From an uncultured bacterium (GTDB taxonomy: Bacteria > Verrucomicrobiota > Verrucomicrobiia > Limisphaerales > UBA8199), in the NCBI GenBank assembly GCA_963749495.1, contig CAVVMW010000005.1, positions 96,001 through 160,000 on the forward strand: 64,000 bases of DNA, written 5' to 3'. Positions 29,127-40,139 of the stretch are shown piece by piece. Each line of letters opens with the position of its first letter. Position 1 is the first letter of the stretch. The position numbers were made by a program, and so were the translations under genes. The notes beneath the pieces were generated by a model that worked only from the letters and a program-made list of their open reading frames with translations, had not been told where the DNA came from and did no database searches.

Positions 29127-30966
29127 CTCCCAGGTCCATCAGTTGAAGCAGCGCCGTTTCGCGGTAGGGGCCGGGCAGCCGCGTCAGTTCCTCGTGGGCG
29201 CCGCTTTGGATGAGGCGCCCTTTGTCCAGGACCAGGATGAGGTCGGCCCGGCGCAGCAGGCTCAACCGGTTGGCGACGATAAACGTGGTGCGGCCCGCCA
29301 TGGCCTGGCGCAGCGCCGAGAGGATTTCATGCTCGGTCTTTGGGTCGACCGATGCGGTGGGGTCGTCCAGGATCAGAATCGGCGGCTGGAGCAGCAGCGC
29401 CCGCGCCAGCGCCAGCCGCTGGCGCTGTCCGCCTGATAAATCGGCCCCCGCCTCGCCCAGGACCGTCTCATAACCGTGCGGTAGCTCGATGATGAACCCG
29501 TGCGCCGAGGCCGCCCGTGCCGCGGCTTCGATCTCCCCCTGCGTGGCGTGCGGGTTGCCGAAGGCGATGTTGGCGGCAACCGTGTTCGAGAACAGGAAGC
29601 TCTCCTGATAAACGATCCCGATCTGGCGGCGGAAGCTGTCCAGGTCCAACTCCCGCAAGTCGCGGCCATCCGCCAGGATGCGCCCCTGTTGCGGGTCATA
29701 GAAGCGGGGCACCAGGCCCAGCAGCGAACTCTTGCCCGAACCGGTCATGCCGAAGATGCCGATGACCTGTCCCGGGGCGGCGGCGAACGAGATGTCGCGC
29801 AAGACGCGCTCCCTGGGCGTGTAACCGAAGCAGACGTTCTCGAAGACAATCCGCCCCGAGAGGCGGCCCGGCACGACAGCCCCGGGCTGGTTCTGGACCT
29901 CGGAGGGGGTGTCCAGCACCTCGAAAACGCGGCGGGCGGCGGTGAAGCTCTGCTGGACCGAGTTGGCGATCGTGGTGATGTTGGCCACTTGCCCGTTGAA
30001 TTGCTGGAGCAGGCCGGCAAAGACGACCAGCCCGCCGCCCAGCGCAATCCGGCCCTGGACGTAGAGCCAGCCGCCGTAGGCAAAGAGGATGACCAGGCTC
30101 AGTTGCGAGAGAAACTGGGTGGCCGGCGTGAACATCGAGATGTCCAGGAAGATGCGCTTCTGCTGCTCGGAGACCCGGTCGTTGGCATCTTCGAACCGCC
30201 GCACCTGGTGCGGCTCGGCGGCGAATCCCTTGACCGTCTGCGCGCCGCGCACGCTCTCGGTGAAGAGCAGCACCAGGTGATCGAAGAGCTCGCGGTTGCG
30301 CATGTAGGCCGGCCGCAGCCGCCCCGAATAGTAGTGCGTGACCCACCACAGCCCGCCCGTCACCGAGAGGCAGGCCAGCGTCAGCGCCGCATGAATCCGC
30401 CACATGAACACAAAATAGGCGCCCAGCGTGAGCGCCATGTTGACGCCTTGCAGCACCACACCATCCACGAACAGCCGCGTGTTCTGCACGTCGCCCGTGA
30501 CACGGTTGAAGATCGAACTCGAACCGTGGACATCGAAGAAGCGGAAGCTCAGGCGCTGGAGTTGGGCATAGACCCGGCCCCGCAGGTCCGGGACGATCTT
30601 GCCCTGGGTCAGCCGCGCCGTGATCATGTTGTACTGGTAGGTGAGCACGGCGCGCAGCAGCGCCTGGACCACAATGGCCCCGGACAACACCGTCACCACC
30701 TGCAGCGGCGTCCACCCCGGCGGCGGCCTCCAGCCCAGCGGATAGACCGGCGCCCGCTGGGTCGCATCCAGGGCGTGCCGAATCACGTCCACCGCCACGC
30801 CCAGCAACTGCAGCCCCGCCAGGCCCAGCAGCAACAGCGCCAGGCTCAGCAGCACCGACAGCAGGCAGTCCCCGCGGAATTGCCACGCCAGGGCCAGCAG
30901 CCGCCGCACCAGTTCCCCTGTCGAGTAGGAGTGCTCGCCGCGCTTCATGGAAGTCGAGTCAGACAT
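29119..30966 (-). CDS. ABC exporter, fused permease and ATP-binding domain (likely heterodimer partner)
   Basis: GMTGSGKS, LSGGQRQ, LDDPT and VANR (degenerate site, as seen in heterodimeric exporters). Confidence 0.92.
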   Translation of the reverse strand: MSDSTSMKRGEHSYSTGELVRRLLALAWQFRGDCLLSVLLSLALLLLGLAGLQLLGVAVDVIRHALDATQRAPVYPLGWRPPPGWTPLQVVTVLSGAIVVQALLRAVLTYQYNMITARLTQGKIVPDLRGRVYAQLQRLSFRFFDVHGSSSIFNRVTGDVQNTRLFVDGVVLQGVNMALTLGAYFVFMWRIHAALTLACLSVTGGLWWVTHYYSGRLRPAYMRNRELFDHLVLLFTESVRGAQTVKGFAAEPHQVRRFEDANDRVSEQQKRIFLDISMFTPATQFLSQLSLVILFAYGGWLYVQGRIALGGGLVVFAGLLQQFNGQVANITTIANSVQQSFTAARRVFEVLDTPSEVQNQPGAVVPGRLSGRIVFENVCFGYTPRERVLRDISFAAAPGQVIGIFGMTGSGKSSLLGLVPRFYDPQQGRILADGRDLRELDLDSFRRQIGIVYQESFLFSNTVAANIAFGNPHATQGEIEAAARAASAHGFIIELPHGYETVLGEAGADLSGGQRQRLALARALLLQPPILILDDPTASVDPKTEHEILSALRQAMAGRTTFIVANRLSLLRRADLILVLDKGRLIQSGAHEELTRLPGPYRETALLQLMDLGDE

Positions 30967-31046
30967 CTTCAGCCTTTCAGTATCGTGTTTCCCGGCTGGT
31001 TTTCAATAGCAGAGGGACAACCCAAATCCTCGCCTAAGAGTTTTTG

Positions 31047-31117
31047 AGGAACCGCGGAATACGCGGAATACGCGGAAAAGAAAGGGCCTTCCGCGTATTC
31101 CGCGTATTCCGCGGTTC
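31047..31117. repeat. Palindrome of 9-mer units (CGCGGAATA)
   Basis: GAACCGCGGAATACGCGGAATACGCGGAA...TTCCGCGTATTCCGCGTATTCCGCGGTTC. Confidence 0.9.
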
Positions 31118-31329
31118 TCTATTTCCTCTCGATTGGCATGGAAATTGAGCAAGTCCGGTTCTTCCGGTGCGTCTTGCAGAACAGGATTCTCTAGCCGTGG
31201 TTTTGGGGACAAGGGACGGGGGGAAAGGGAGCCTGAGACAAGATTCTTTGCGTCTCCGCGGTTTAACAGGATCTTCCGAAACCCGACATGGCCTCCTTTT
31301 TTCACTTCAAGCGGTTTAATTGACTTTAA

Positions 31330-31548
31330 TTGGCTTTAAGCCATTCGAGAAAGCCGCCCTGCTTCCACTGGGACAGATTGACCTCGTTGATGGGCTGGCC
31401 GTCGAAATGCTCGGCGAGCACGCCCTGGACCTCCGGCAGGGAATTGAGCCAGGCGGCGAGGTCCTTGGCTTCCTGGCCGTCGTCGAGCCGCTGGTTGAGC
31501 TGGTCGCGAATGGCGCGGGCAGACGGGCGATTTTGCCGTTGCCTGTCA
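31330..31548 (-). pseudogene. Fragment of a DUF3486/Mu gp27-like protein
   Basis: MTGNGKIARLP, then after a frameshift IRDQLNQRLDDG...WLNSLPEV...NLSQWKQGGF; truncated. Confidence 0.55.
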
Positions 31549-31784
31549 TCGGGCGGGGCGGCAGGCCTCCAGGGAGTCCAGGCAGGGATGCTCTTGATTC
31601 AAGTTGACGGGGTAATTCCATGGCGGAGTCGGCGAGACCTCATTACTGGAGTTTCTCATGGACGCCACTATGCGCCGCTTCCACCGCTCCTGTCCACGGA
31701 CAGAGCGGACTGTTCGGACAATGCGGAGTTTTACGGTTGGGCCGGCTTTCGATGGGGTGGATTTTGGCCGCCCGCGAAGCGGCA

Positions 31785-31943
31785 ATGGCGGGTCTTTGTG
31801 AATGTCATCGCGCCGACCCCCACGACTCATCAGATGGTACACGGCACCCGGAAACTGAATGCGCAGTTGGCGCGGCATGGTCCATTGTGGCTGCCCCGCC
31901 CGTGCTGTCACTCGAAAATGCACAATGTAAGGGCTGGTACCCC
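31785..31943 (-). mobile_element. 5' remnant of a Y1 (RAYT/IS200-like) transposase with its terminal motif
   Basis: MPRQLRIQFPGAVYHLMSRGGRRDDI from ATG 31878; end motif GGGGTACCAGCCCTTACATTGTGCATT. Confidence 0.75.
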
Positions 31944-32007
31944 TTTCCTGGAAACGCAGGGAATCGGCGATGGTCGCCAGATTGACTTCCGAGGGGAAAG
32001 TGCTTTA

Positions 32008-32271
32008 ATGCCTGGTGTGACGGCGACGTTGGAACAGACACAGGCAGACCTTGCAAGGCTGGTGAGTTTGGCGCAGCAGGGCGAAGAGGTGGTCATCACC
32101 AGCCAGGGGCGGGCCGTTGCCCGGCTAACGGGTGTGCCCTCGGCGGAACGGTCGCCGGGCCGTCAAGCCTGGCTGGCGAAGCTGGCCCGACTGCGCGAAT
32201 CAACGGCTACGGGCAAGACCTCCCCGACGACTGAGCAAATCCTCGACGATCTTCGCAGCGAGCGAGGTTGA
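32008..32271 (+). CDS. Phd/YefM-family antitoxin
   Basis: LARLVSLAQQGEEVVITSQGRAVARL; a PIN-like start follows immediately. Confidence 0.85.
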   Translation: MPGVTATLEQTQADLARLVSLAQQGEEVVITSQGRAVARLTGVPSAERSPGRQAWLAKLARLRESTATGKTSPTTEQILDDLRSERG

Positions 32272-32409
32272 ATGGGCTATTGGGATACTTCCACGCTGGT
32301 GAAGCTCTACGCAAAGGAGCCGGACTCGGCAGTGTTCGAGGTCCAAGCGATTTGGTTTCTTCTTGTTCCCTGCGTAAGAGGCTCAGTTCATGAGAATGTT
32401 CGCGTCTGA
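32272..32409 (+). pseudogene. Truncated VapC/PIN toxin
   Basis: MGYWDTSTLVKLYAKEPDS, then divergent sequence and an early stop. Confidence 0.75.
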
Positions 32410-32450
32410 TCAGAAGATTAATATGACAATCTCATCGACCGACCCCTTCT

Positions 32451-32594
32451 CCGCCGGTTGCCCCGGCTCATCAGGTGGTACATGGCGCCGGGGTATTCGA
32501 TGCGCCACTGCCGCGGCATGGCGCAACTCTGCCAGCGCCGGCGGCACGGTGTCAACAGAAATGGGCAAGATGGAGGCTTGACCCCTTTTTTTCC
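32451..32594 (-). mobile_element. Second 5' remnant of the Y1 transposase; direct repeat of 35266-35410
   Basis: About 144 bp nearly identical to 35266-35410, including GGGGTCAAGCCTCCATCTTGCCCATT. Confidence 0.85.
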
Positions 32595-32633
32595 TTTTTC
32601 TTTTTCTTTTCAGTTCAGTGACCATCCGCCCGA

Positions 32634-33543
32634 TTACGGCCACTGCCTGGACTCACAGGACTCCGGGTGCGGCTGGTGGTCGTAATTCCACAAAGCGGCG
32701 CTTTTGGTGAAACTGGCAAGGTACACAATCTTCATCGCGCTCACGTGGCCGTCGCAAAACAGCACATTGAACACAGTTCCATGTTGTGGAGGCCTTTGGA
32801 TGATATGCTGGAAAGGGTCTTGGGTCGTCCATGCCGGCAAACAATCATTAAAGTCAATGCATGCGTTGGTTGGGCATCCTGGCTGGAACGTCATGGAAAC
32901 CTGTCGCCGCGTCAGTTATGATAATCATCGCGGCCGGTGCCGCGACCAGAGGTTCGGTGACAGGCCACGCCGGCCAGATGCCGTTGAAGCCGATCGGTGA
33001 GTCGCCAAATCCCCACGTGAATCGGCCCCCGTGCGAAGCAGGCCCAACCCCGTCAGGCCCGGCGTTGGCCGACGCGCCCATCCGGTTGTACGCATAGCTT
33101 CCAACCCAAGCGATGGTAGGCGCGCCATTATTAAGAACGAAAGAGCTCCTGCTGTCAGAGATCACGCCTCTGTAACCCGGGCAGTGGTAGGATGGGTTGG
33201 TCCAGCGAAGGGGACCGTAAGGGGACAGCGCGTCCTCCCATTTGAAGGTATTGTTTTTTCGCGAATTGGAATTGGTCTGGATGCCTTGACTATAAAAAGG
33301 ATACTGGCTGTGGTTGTCCTGCAAGTACATGTGTACCGCCAAACCCGTCTGATGAAGATTGCTCGCGCACTTGATCCGGTAGGCCTGTGCCTTGGCCCTC
33401 GAGAGCGCCGGAAGGAGCATCGCGGCGAGGATCGCGATGACAGCGATGACCACCAGCAGTTCGACCAGCGTGAAGCCAACACCTCCCGTGCGGCAGCCTG
33501 CTCGGACAAGGCCGCACCTTCCGAGGACATTTGTTCCTTTCAT
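32634..33543 (-). CDS. Prepilin-type N-terminal cleavage/methylation protein with H-X9-DG motif (frameshift ~32895)
   Basis: [51 protein letters not shown]. Confidence 0.85.
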
Positions 33544-33676
33544 ATACAGCCGATCCCTTCGCACCGGGCCTTAAGGCCAAACCCACCCAGCATGCTGGCG
33601 CAAGGTTTGACCACCGAGCGCATTGAACGCCTTGGCGCGCGTCTTGTCAAGTGTGCATTTGGGCGCACCCTCCGGC

Positions 33677-34575
33677 CAGGGCGAATTCATGAAGGGGGAC
33701 GAAGGGGAAAAGGGATCCAGAGAGCGAGGCTCCTGGAGCAACGGACTGGCCGGTCCTGCTGCTGGTCGCGGGCTTCAGGGACTGTGCTGGGTTGATTGAG
33801 CTCGCTGCCAGGCTGGTTTTTGGGCGGCTGAGGGTTCGACTTGGGCAGAGCTCCCCCTTCAGCCTTTTGGCCTCTTGGACGGCCGCAGTGGGATGGCCTA
33901 AGATTCCTTAACTGGTTATCGATCAGCTCATGGGGCCCTGGTAAAGCCGGGGCTCATTGTCATTACCATGATCATAGCGCGGCGACGGCCTTCGGCGGCC
34001 ATGTTGACGTGAAAATCGGTGGTGGTCAGGTACTGAGGGTTGGTTTGACGGGAGCGCCATTCCATAAACAGGCTGTTGGCCAGGCGCCGGAAGATGCCCA
34101 AGACGCCCATGGCGTTGGGATGGCGGACGCGGCAGCGGTCGTCGTCGAGAGAGACATCCAGCCGTTGGTGCAAGCCATTTTCAATGCCTCCGAAACCGCC
34201 GCGATTGAACCGCAGCCAAGCCGAAGCATTCAACCGCTCTGGCGGAGCACTGGTTAGCAGGGCGACCAACTCGGGTTTGTGGCCGGTGCTCTGGCGGCGC
34301 ACTCTGGCCACCTGTGCGGCCGCCGGGAAGCAGACCGCTTCCGGCGTGGTCGGGGCCGAGCACAGCACCCGGATCTCATCCCGGCTTCGGTTGCGTTCCT
34401 GAGTGCAGGCGCGTGTGCTCGTCGATTGCTGAGGGGGGAAAGGCAGCCGGAATGTCCGGCAACAGCTTTTTGATCGTCTCGTGAATCCCGGGCTGATTGT
34501 CTTTGACCGTCAGCATGTAGTCGGCGCCGTGCTCCTGCACCATGTCCAGACCCGTTTCGGTCTGTGTCAGGAGCA
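33677..34575 (-). mobile_element. ISAs1-family 3' remnant
   Basis: DYMLTVKDNQP and GIENGLHQRLDVSLDDDRCRVR motifs; terminal CATGAATTCGCCCTG (33691-33677). Confidence 0.8.
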
Positions 34576-34585
34576 GGAGGCAGGA

Positions 34586-35401
34586 GGGGTCAAGCCTCTA
34601 TTTTGCCAATGCCACTTCAAACTCCCGGACAATCTTGGGCCGGATCCTTGGGTGTTTGTTTCCTCATGGCCGTGAGCAGGCGGAAACTGGCGCTCTTGGG
34701 CGTGCCAAAGTGAAGGCGCTCCGCAATCTGCTTGACTGTTAATGTCGTCTCCTGGCGCAGGCGTGTAGCTAACTGCAACTTGCCCGGGTCGTGCTTGCGG
34801 CGGGATGTTAAGTCCGTTTCCTGCCAGCCCAGCCGCCCCAGTTCCTCACCGATAATGCGCTCCGCTTTGGCCTGCGCCGTCTCCAGCCTCAATTCCCCAA
34901 AATCGTGCGCACCAACCTTGCCCTCCATCTCCTCCAGCTTTTGCTTCTTGAAGCCCTCGCTGCCCAGGCACCAGCCGCAACGCAACGCCTTTAGACTTTC
35001 CTCATCGCCCGGCTCCAACCGCCGCGCCTCCATGCGCCGCTCAAATTCCTGCCGTGCCGCTGGGCTGTCCGCTTGCAGACCGTGCTCGCCCAGCAGCCGG
35101 TCCACCTGCCTGCCGGCAGGCAGGCTCGCATCCACTGCGGCCGGTGCTCTGGGGCGGCCAGGTAATAGCCAGATAGGCATGCACCTGCCAATCGGTCTTT
35201 TGGCAAGCCTCGGCCAGCGTCTTGAGGAAATCCTGCCGGTCCACGTCGTCCAGGAAAATGTCCTCCCGCCGGTTGCCCCGGCTCATCAGGTGGTACATGG
35301 CGCCGGGGTATTCGATGCGCAACTGCCGCGGCATGGCGCAACTCTGCCAGCGCCGGCGGCACGGTGTCAACAGAAATGGGCAAGATGGAGGCTTGACCCC
35401 C
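34586..35401 (-). mobile_element. Y1 (RAYT/IS200-like) transposase element with inverted ends, internally deleted
   Basis: ATG 35334 MPRQLRIEYPGAMYHLMSRGNRREDIF...QVHAY is joined directly to the C-terminal region; the HUH motif is missing. Inverted ends GGGGTCAAGCCTC at 34586 (+) and ~35400 (-). Confidence 0.85.
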
Positions 35402-35409
35402 TTTTTTTC

Positions 35410-35798
35410 CCGGCCACTTGCACATCGTTGCCGGCGTGCTGGATTGCGTCCAGCACGCGCTGGCGGTCGCGCGCAAAGCCGTCGTTGGCCTGGTGGCTCA
35501 GGGTGTTGTCCAGGATGTACACCCGGCTCTGGCGGATGGGGGCGGTGTCCGCGCCCCGCCGGTAGGGCCAGCAAAAGGCGGCCACCAGCAGGAGCAGGGC
35601 CAGCACCCGCAGGGCCAGCAGGAGCCGATGGCGCAACTGGAGCGTGTCCCGGCGCGGCACGGGCTGGTCCTCCAGAAAACGGACCGTGGAGAATTGGACG
35701 AGGTCGGTCTGCCGCCGGCGCCGCAGGTGCAGCCAGAGCGGCGCCGCCACCGCCAGGGCGGCCAGCCAGAACAAGGGGTTTAGGAACGAGAAGGGCAT
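35410..35798 (-). pseudogene. BatA-domain protein truncated by the Y1 element
   Basis: MPFSFLNPLFWLAALAVAAPLWLHL...FSTVRFL...ILDNTLS; reads into the element end. Confidence 0.8.
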
Positions 35799-36629
35799 CG
35801 CCTCACATGATTTTCTTTCTCTCCGCCAAAAACATCGCCAGGGCCTGCCAGGGGTTGGCGTCCGTGCGCGCGACGCAGTGGGGCATTTCGAGGCTGCGGA
35901 ACAATTGGCGGCAGCCCTCCATGAAGGCCTGGAACCGCGCCAGGTATTTGTCGCGCATGGCCGGCGGATTGACCACGCGCCGGGCGCCGGTCTCCAGGTC
36001 CTCGAACACCTTGGCCTCGCCAAAGGGGAACTCCATTTCGTCCCGGTCCAGGACCTGGAAGATGATGACCTCGTGGCCGTGAAAGCGGAGCTGCTTGAAG
36101 CCGAGGGCGATCTGGTCCGAAGGTTCGAGCAGGTCGCTGAAGAAAAGGATGACGCTGCGGCGGTGGACGAGCCGAACGGCCTCCTGGAGCAATTGGGCCA
36201 GGCAGGCCCCGCCGGCCGGGCGCAGCAGGTCGAGCTGGCGCAACATGAGCCCGAACTGGTTGGGCCGCTGCGAGGGGCGGATGAACCGGGGCGCGCCGTC
36301 CGGACCGCCCAGAGCGACCAGGCCGGCGGCGTCGTTTTGCCTCAGCAGGAACCACGTCATGGCCGCCGCCAGGACCTTGGCGCATTCGAGCTTCGAGCCC
36401 CAGGCCCCCGCCCCGCGGTAGCGCATCGAGGCGCTGGTGTCGCAGACGACGTAAAAGCGGGCGTTGGTCTCCTGCATATAGCGTTTGATGCAGAGCCGGT
36501 CGTTGCGCGCATAGAGCCGCCAGTCCAGGTGGCGCAAATCGTCGCCTGGCTGGTAGTCCCGATAGTCGCTGAACTCGACGCTGAAGCCGTGGAAGGGGCT
36601 GTCGTGCAAGCCGCTGAGGAACCCCTCCA

Positions 36630-37412
<783 letters not shown>

Positions 37413-37789
37413 AGGATAGCCGCGGATGGTTTGTGATTCGGGTTCGGTCCGAATGCTCCTGAACTTAGGTCGTTTGACATTGTTGGCTGCGTTTATTGGC
37501 TCCGTTCAAAACTCGGCGTCCGCGGCCAAGGCAGCCAGGAGCGCCCTGAGCTGCTTCTGGACCGGCGCTGTTTCCGCGGGTTCCAGTTCACCGCGCGCCA
37601 GCTCCACCCGGAGACTGGCCTCGAGTTTGTCCTGTCCACTATTCCTCCATTCCACCCTCCAGCGCAATGGCCCCTGGTCATTTTCACAAATGTATTCTTC
37701 TTTTCCCCCAAACTCTGCCGGGCGGCGAACACCCCCGCAATTAGTAGAATGCCCCGTCCGGGGACTTATTTCAACCCGCTGCCCGGTGT

Positions 37790-37941
37790 CGCCGGGGGCC
37801 GGAACGGAGTGCGCCCGTCCCCGGGCACAGCAACGTCCGGAGCCAGGGCAGCGGTCAAACACTCCAGCGCACCTGCCCGCTCCGTCGCTGCTGCGCCCGG
37901 GGACGGGCGCACTCCAGGGGCACTGTCAGGAAGCGCCCCCG
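37790..37941. repeat. Copy of the MITE/REP found inverted at 48196-48370
   Basis: GGAGTGCGCCCGTCCCCGGGC...GCCCGGGGACGGGCGCACTCC. Confidence 0.8.
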
Positions 37942-38045
37942 GCGTCCTTTATGTCGCTTATGTCCCTTTAGTCCCTTTTCTTTTCATCCCCGGCGATGCT
38001 CATTGACAACCCGCGCCCTTGCGGTTTGACTTCAGTCCGAACGCG

Positions 38046-39493
38046 ATGCAACCCAGCGCAGGCAGCTGGTCAGACCGGCCGGGGCCCGATTCAGGCCCGG
38101 GCGGGCCCGGGCTCAAACGGGTGCTGGGGCTGCCGGCCCTGGTCCTTTACGGCCTGATCCTCATCCAACCGACGGCTCCGATGCCGCTTTACGGCAACGT
38201 GGCCGGCCTGGCGCACGGGCACGTGGTTACGACCGTGCTGATCGGGATGGTGGCGATGCTCTTCACGGCGATCGCCTACGGGCGGATGGCCAATGCCTAT
38301 CCCAGCGCCGGCTCGGCCTATACCTACGTGGGCCGCGAGATCCATCCCGCCCTGGGCTACTTGGTCGGGTGGGGCATGATCTTCGATTACGTGATGAACC
38401 CGATCATCTGCGTCATCTGGAGCAGCCAGGCCGCGCTGGCTCTCCAGGTCGATCTGGGTCTTCAAATGCCGGCCTTGTTCACGCCGAAGGTCCTGTTCGT
38501 TGTCTATGTCTTTTTCTTTACGGCCCTGTTCACCGGGATGAACGTGAGGGGCATCGAGGCCAGCTCACGCACCAACACGATCATTGCGGCGGGTCTGGGC
38601 GTAGTAATCGTGCTCTTTCTCGCGGCTGCGGCGCAGTACCTCTGGGCGCGACCTCCGGCCGGCATGGCCGGGTGGACCAGGCCGTTCTATGACCCAAAGA
38701 CGTTCTCATTTTCCGCCGTCTCGAATGGCGCCGCGCTTGCGGTGCTGACCTATATCGGGTTTGACGGCATCTCGACCCTGTCCGAGGAGGTACACAATCC
38801 CCGGCGCAATATCCTCCTGGCAACGGTGCTGGTCTGCCTGCTCACAGGCGTGTTGGCCTCGATCCAGGTCTATGCGGCCCAACTGGTGTGGCCGGACGCG
38901 AACACGAAATTCTCCAATCTGGACCTCGCCTTTTGCAACGTGGCGGGCAAGGCGGGAGGACGTTGGCTGTTCCTGACCGTGGATGCCGCCCTGCTCATCG
39001 CCACCATCGGCTCCGGCGCCGGCGCGCAACTCGGGCCGGCCGCCTGCTTTATGGCATGGGCCGTGACAACGCGATTCCGCGCCGGTTCTTCGGCTTCATC
39101 CATCCCCGCACGCGCATCCCCAGCAACAACATCCTCCTGGTCGGCGCCTTCACCCTCCTCGGGGCCTTCACGCTCACTTATGGCCAGGGTGCCGAGCTGC
39201 TCAATTTCGGCGCCCTGGTGGCCTTCATGGGCGTCAATGTCTCCTCGTTCGTCCGCTACTTTGTCCGCAGCCAACGCAAGCAGTTTGGCAGCTTTGCGGC
39301 TCCGGCAATGGGCTTCTCCGTCTGCCTCTTCCTCTGGCTGAGCCTGGGGCGCAATGCAAAGCTGGCCAGCCTGAGCTGGCTCGCCGCGGGCCTGCTCTAC
39401 GGCGCCTGGCGCACCTCCTGGTTCCGCAAACCGCTGGACTTCCAACGCGTCGAGACCGCGGAGGAGGAACAGCCTGTGCAAAGGCAGGAATGA
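38046..39493 (+). CDS. APC-family amino acid/polyamine permease (frameshift ~39035)
   Basis: LKRVLGL, PSAGSAYTY, YIGFDGISTLSEE, RLLYGMGRD. Confidence 0.85.
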
Positions 39494-39526
39494 CGAATGA
39501 CGAATGACGAATGACGAATGACGAAT
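39488..39526. repeat. (GAATGAC)x5
   Basis: Read directly; it contains the permease stop codon. Confidence 0.95.
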
Positions 39527-39583
39527 AGGGGGAACCCAAAGCACGGGCCGGGCGGTCGCTCGCCCGGTCGTTTGAGACATGCC

Positions 39584-39802
39584 TCATGGCCTGGGGTTGT
39601 GGAGGCGCGCCTTGACTTGGGCGAGCGTGAGGAACTCGCCTTCTCCTCGTTCAATCTTGCTCAAGCGCGCTGCCAGCACCTCCCCATGCCAATCCGGCGA
39701 CGGCACAGCCTCTGGCGTCCGCGTGAGTGAGGCCCATAGCAACTCCATAGTCCGGAGCCGTTCCTCGAGTGTCATCTGCTCAATCTCCGCAAGCCCAATC
39801 AT
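39584..39802 (-). CDS. Putative addiction-module component (orphan antitoxin-like)
   Basis: MTLEERLRTMELLWASL...SPDWH..VL..R pattern. Confidence 0.8.
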   Translation of the reverse strand: MIGLAEIEQMTLEERLRTMELLWASLTRTPEAVPSPDWHGEVLAARLSKIERGEGEFLTLAQVKARLHNPRP

Positions 39803-39969
39803 CCAGGAACACTACCGTCTTCAAGGTCGCCCTGCAAGCCGGTTCCGGCCCGGGATGTTCCAGGAGCCGAGAATGGCCCAAAAGGCCAGGCAGCGAGAGT
39901 CTGCGTAGTCCCGCCGTTTAACGCCAAAACTGCATCCTCACCGCGCCGCCGCAACGCCAGCGGCTCCGC

Positions 39970-40056
39970 TTCGTCATTCGTCATTCGTCATTCGTCATTC
40001 GTCATTCGTCATTCGTCATTCGTCATTCGTCATTCGTCATTCGTCATTCGTCATTC
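39970..40056. repeat. (TTCGTCA)x12, the inverse of the GAATGAC array
   Basis: Read directly. Confidence 0.95.
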
Positions 40057-40139
40057 CTCTGCCCGAATCCCCCATATTTGGCTCTGGCGGAAAGCGGGCA
40101 ATAGGGCTATAACCTTGGCCGACAACACATATCACGAAC

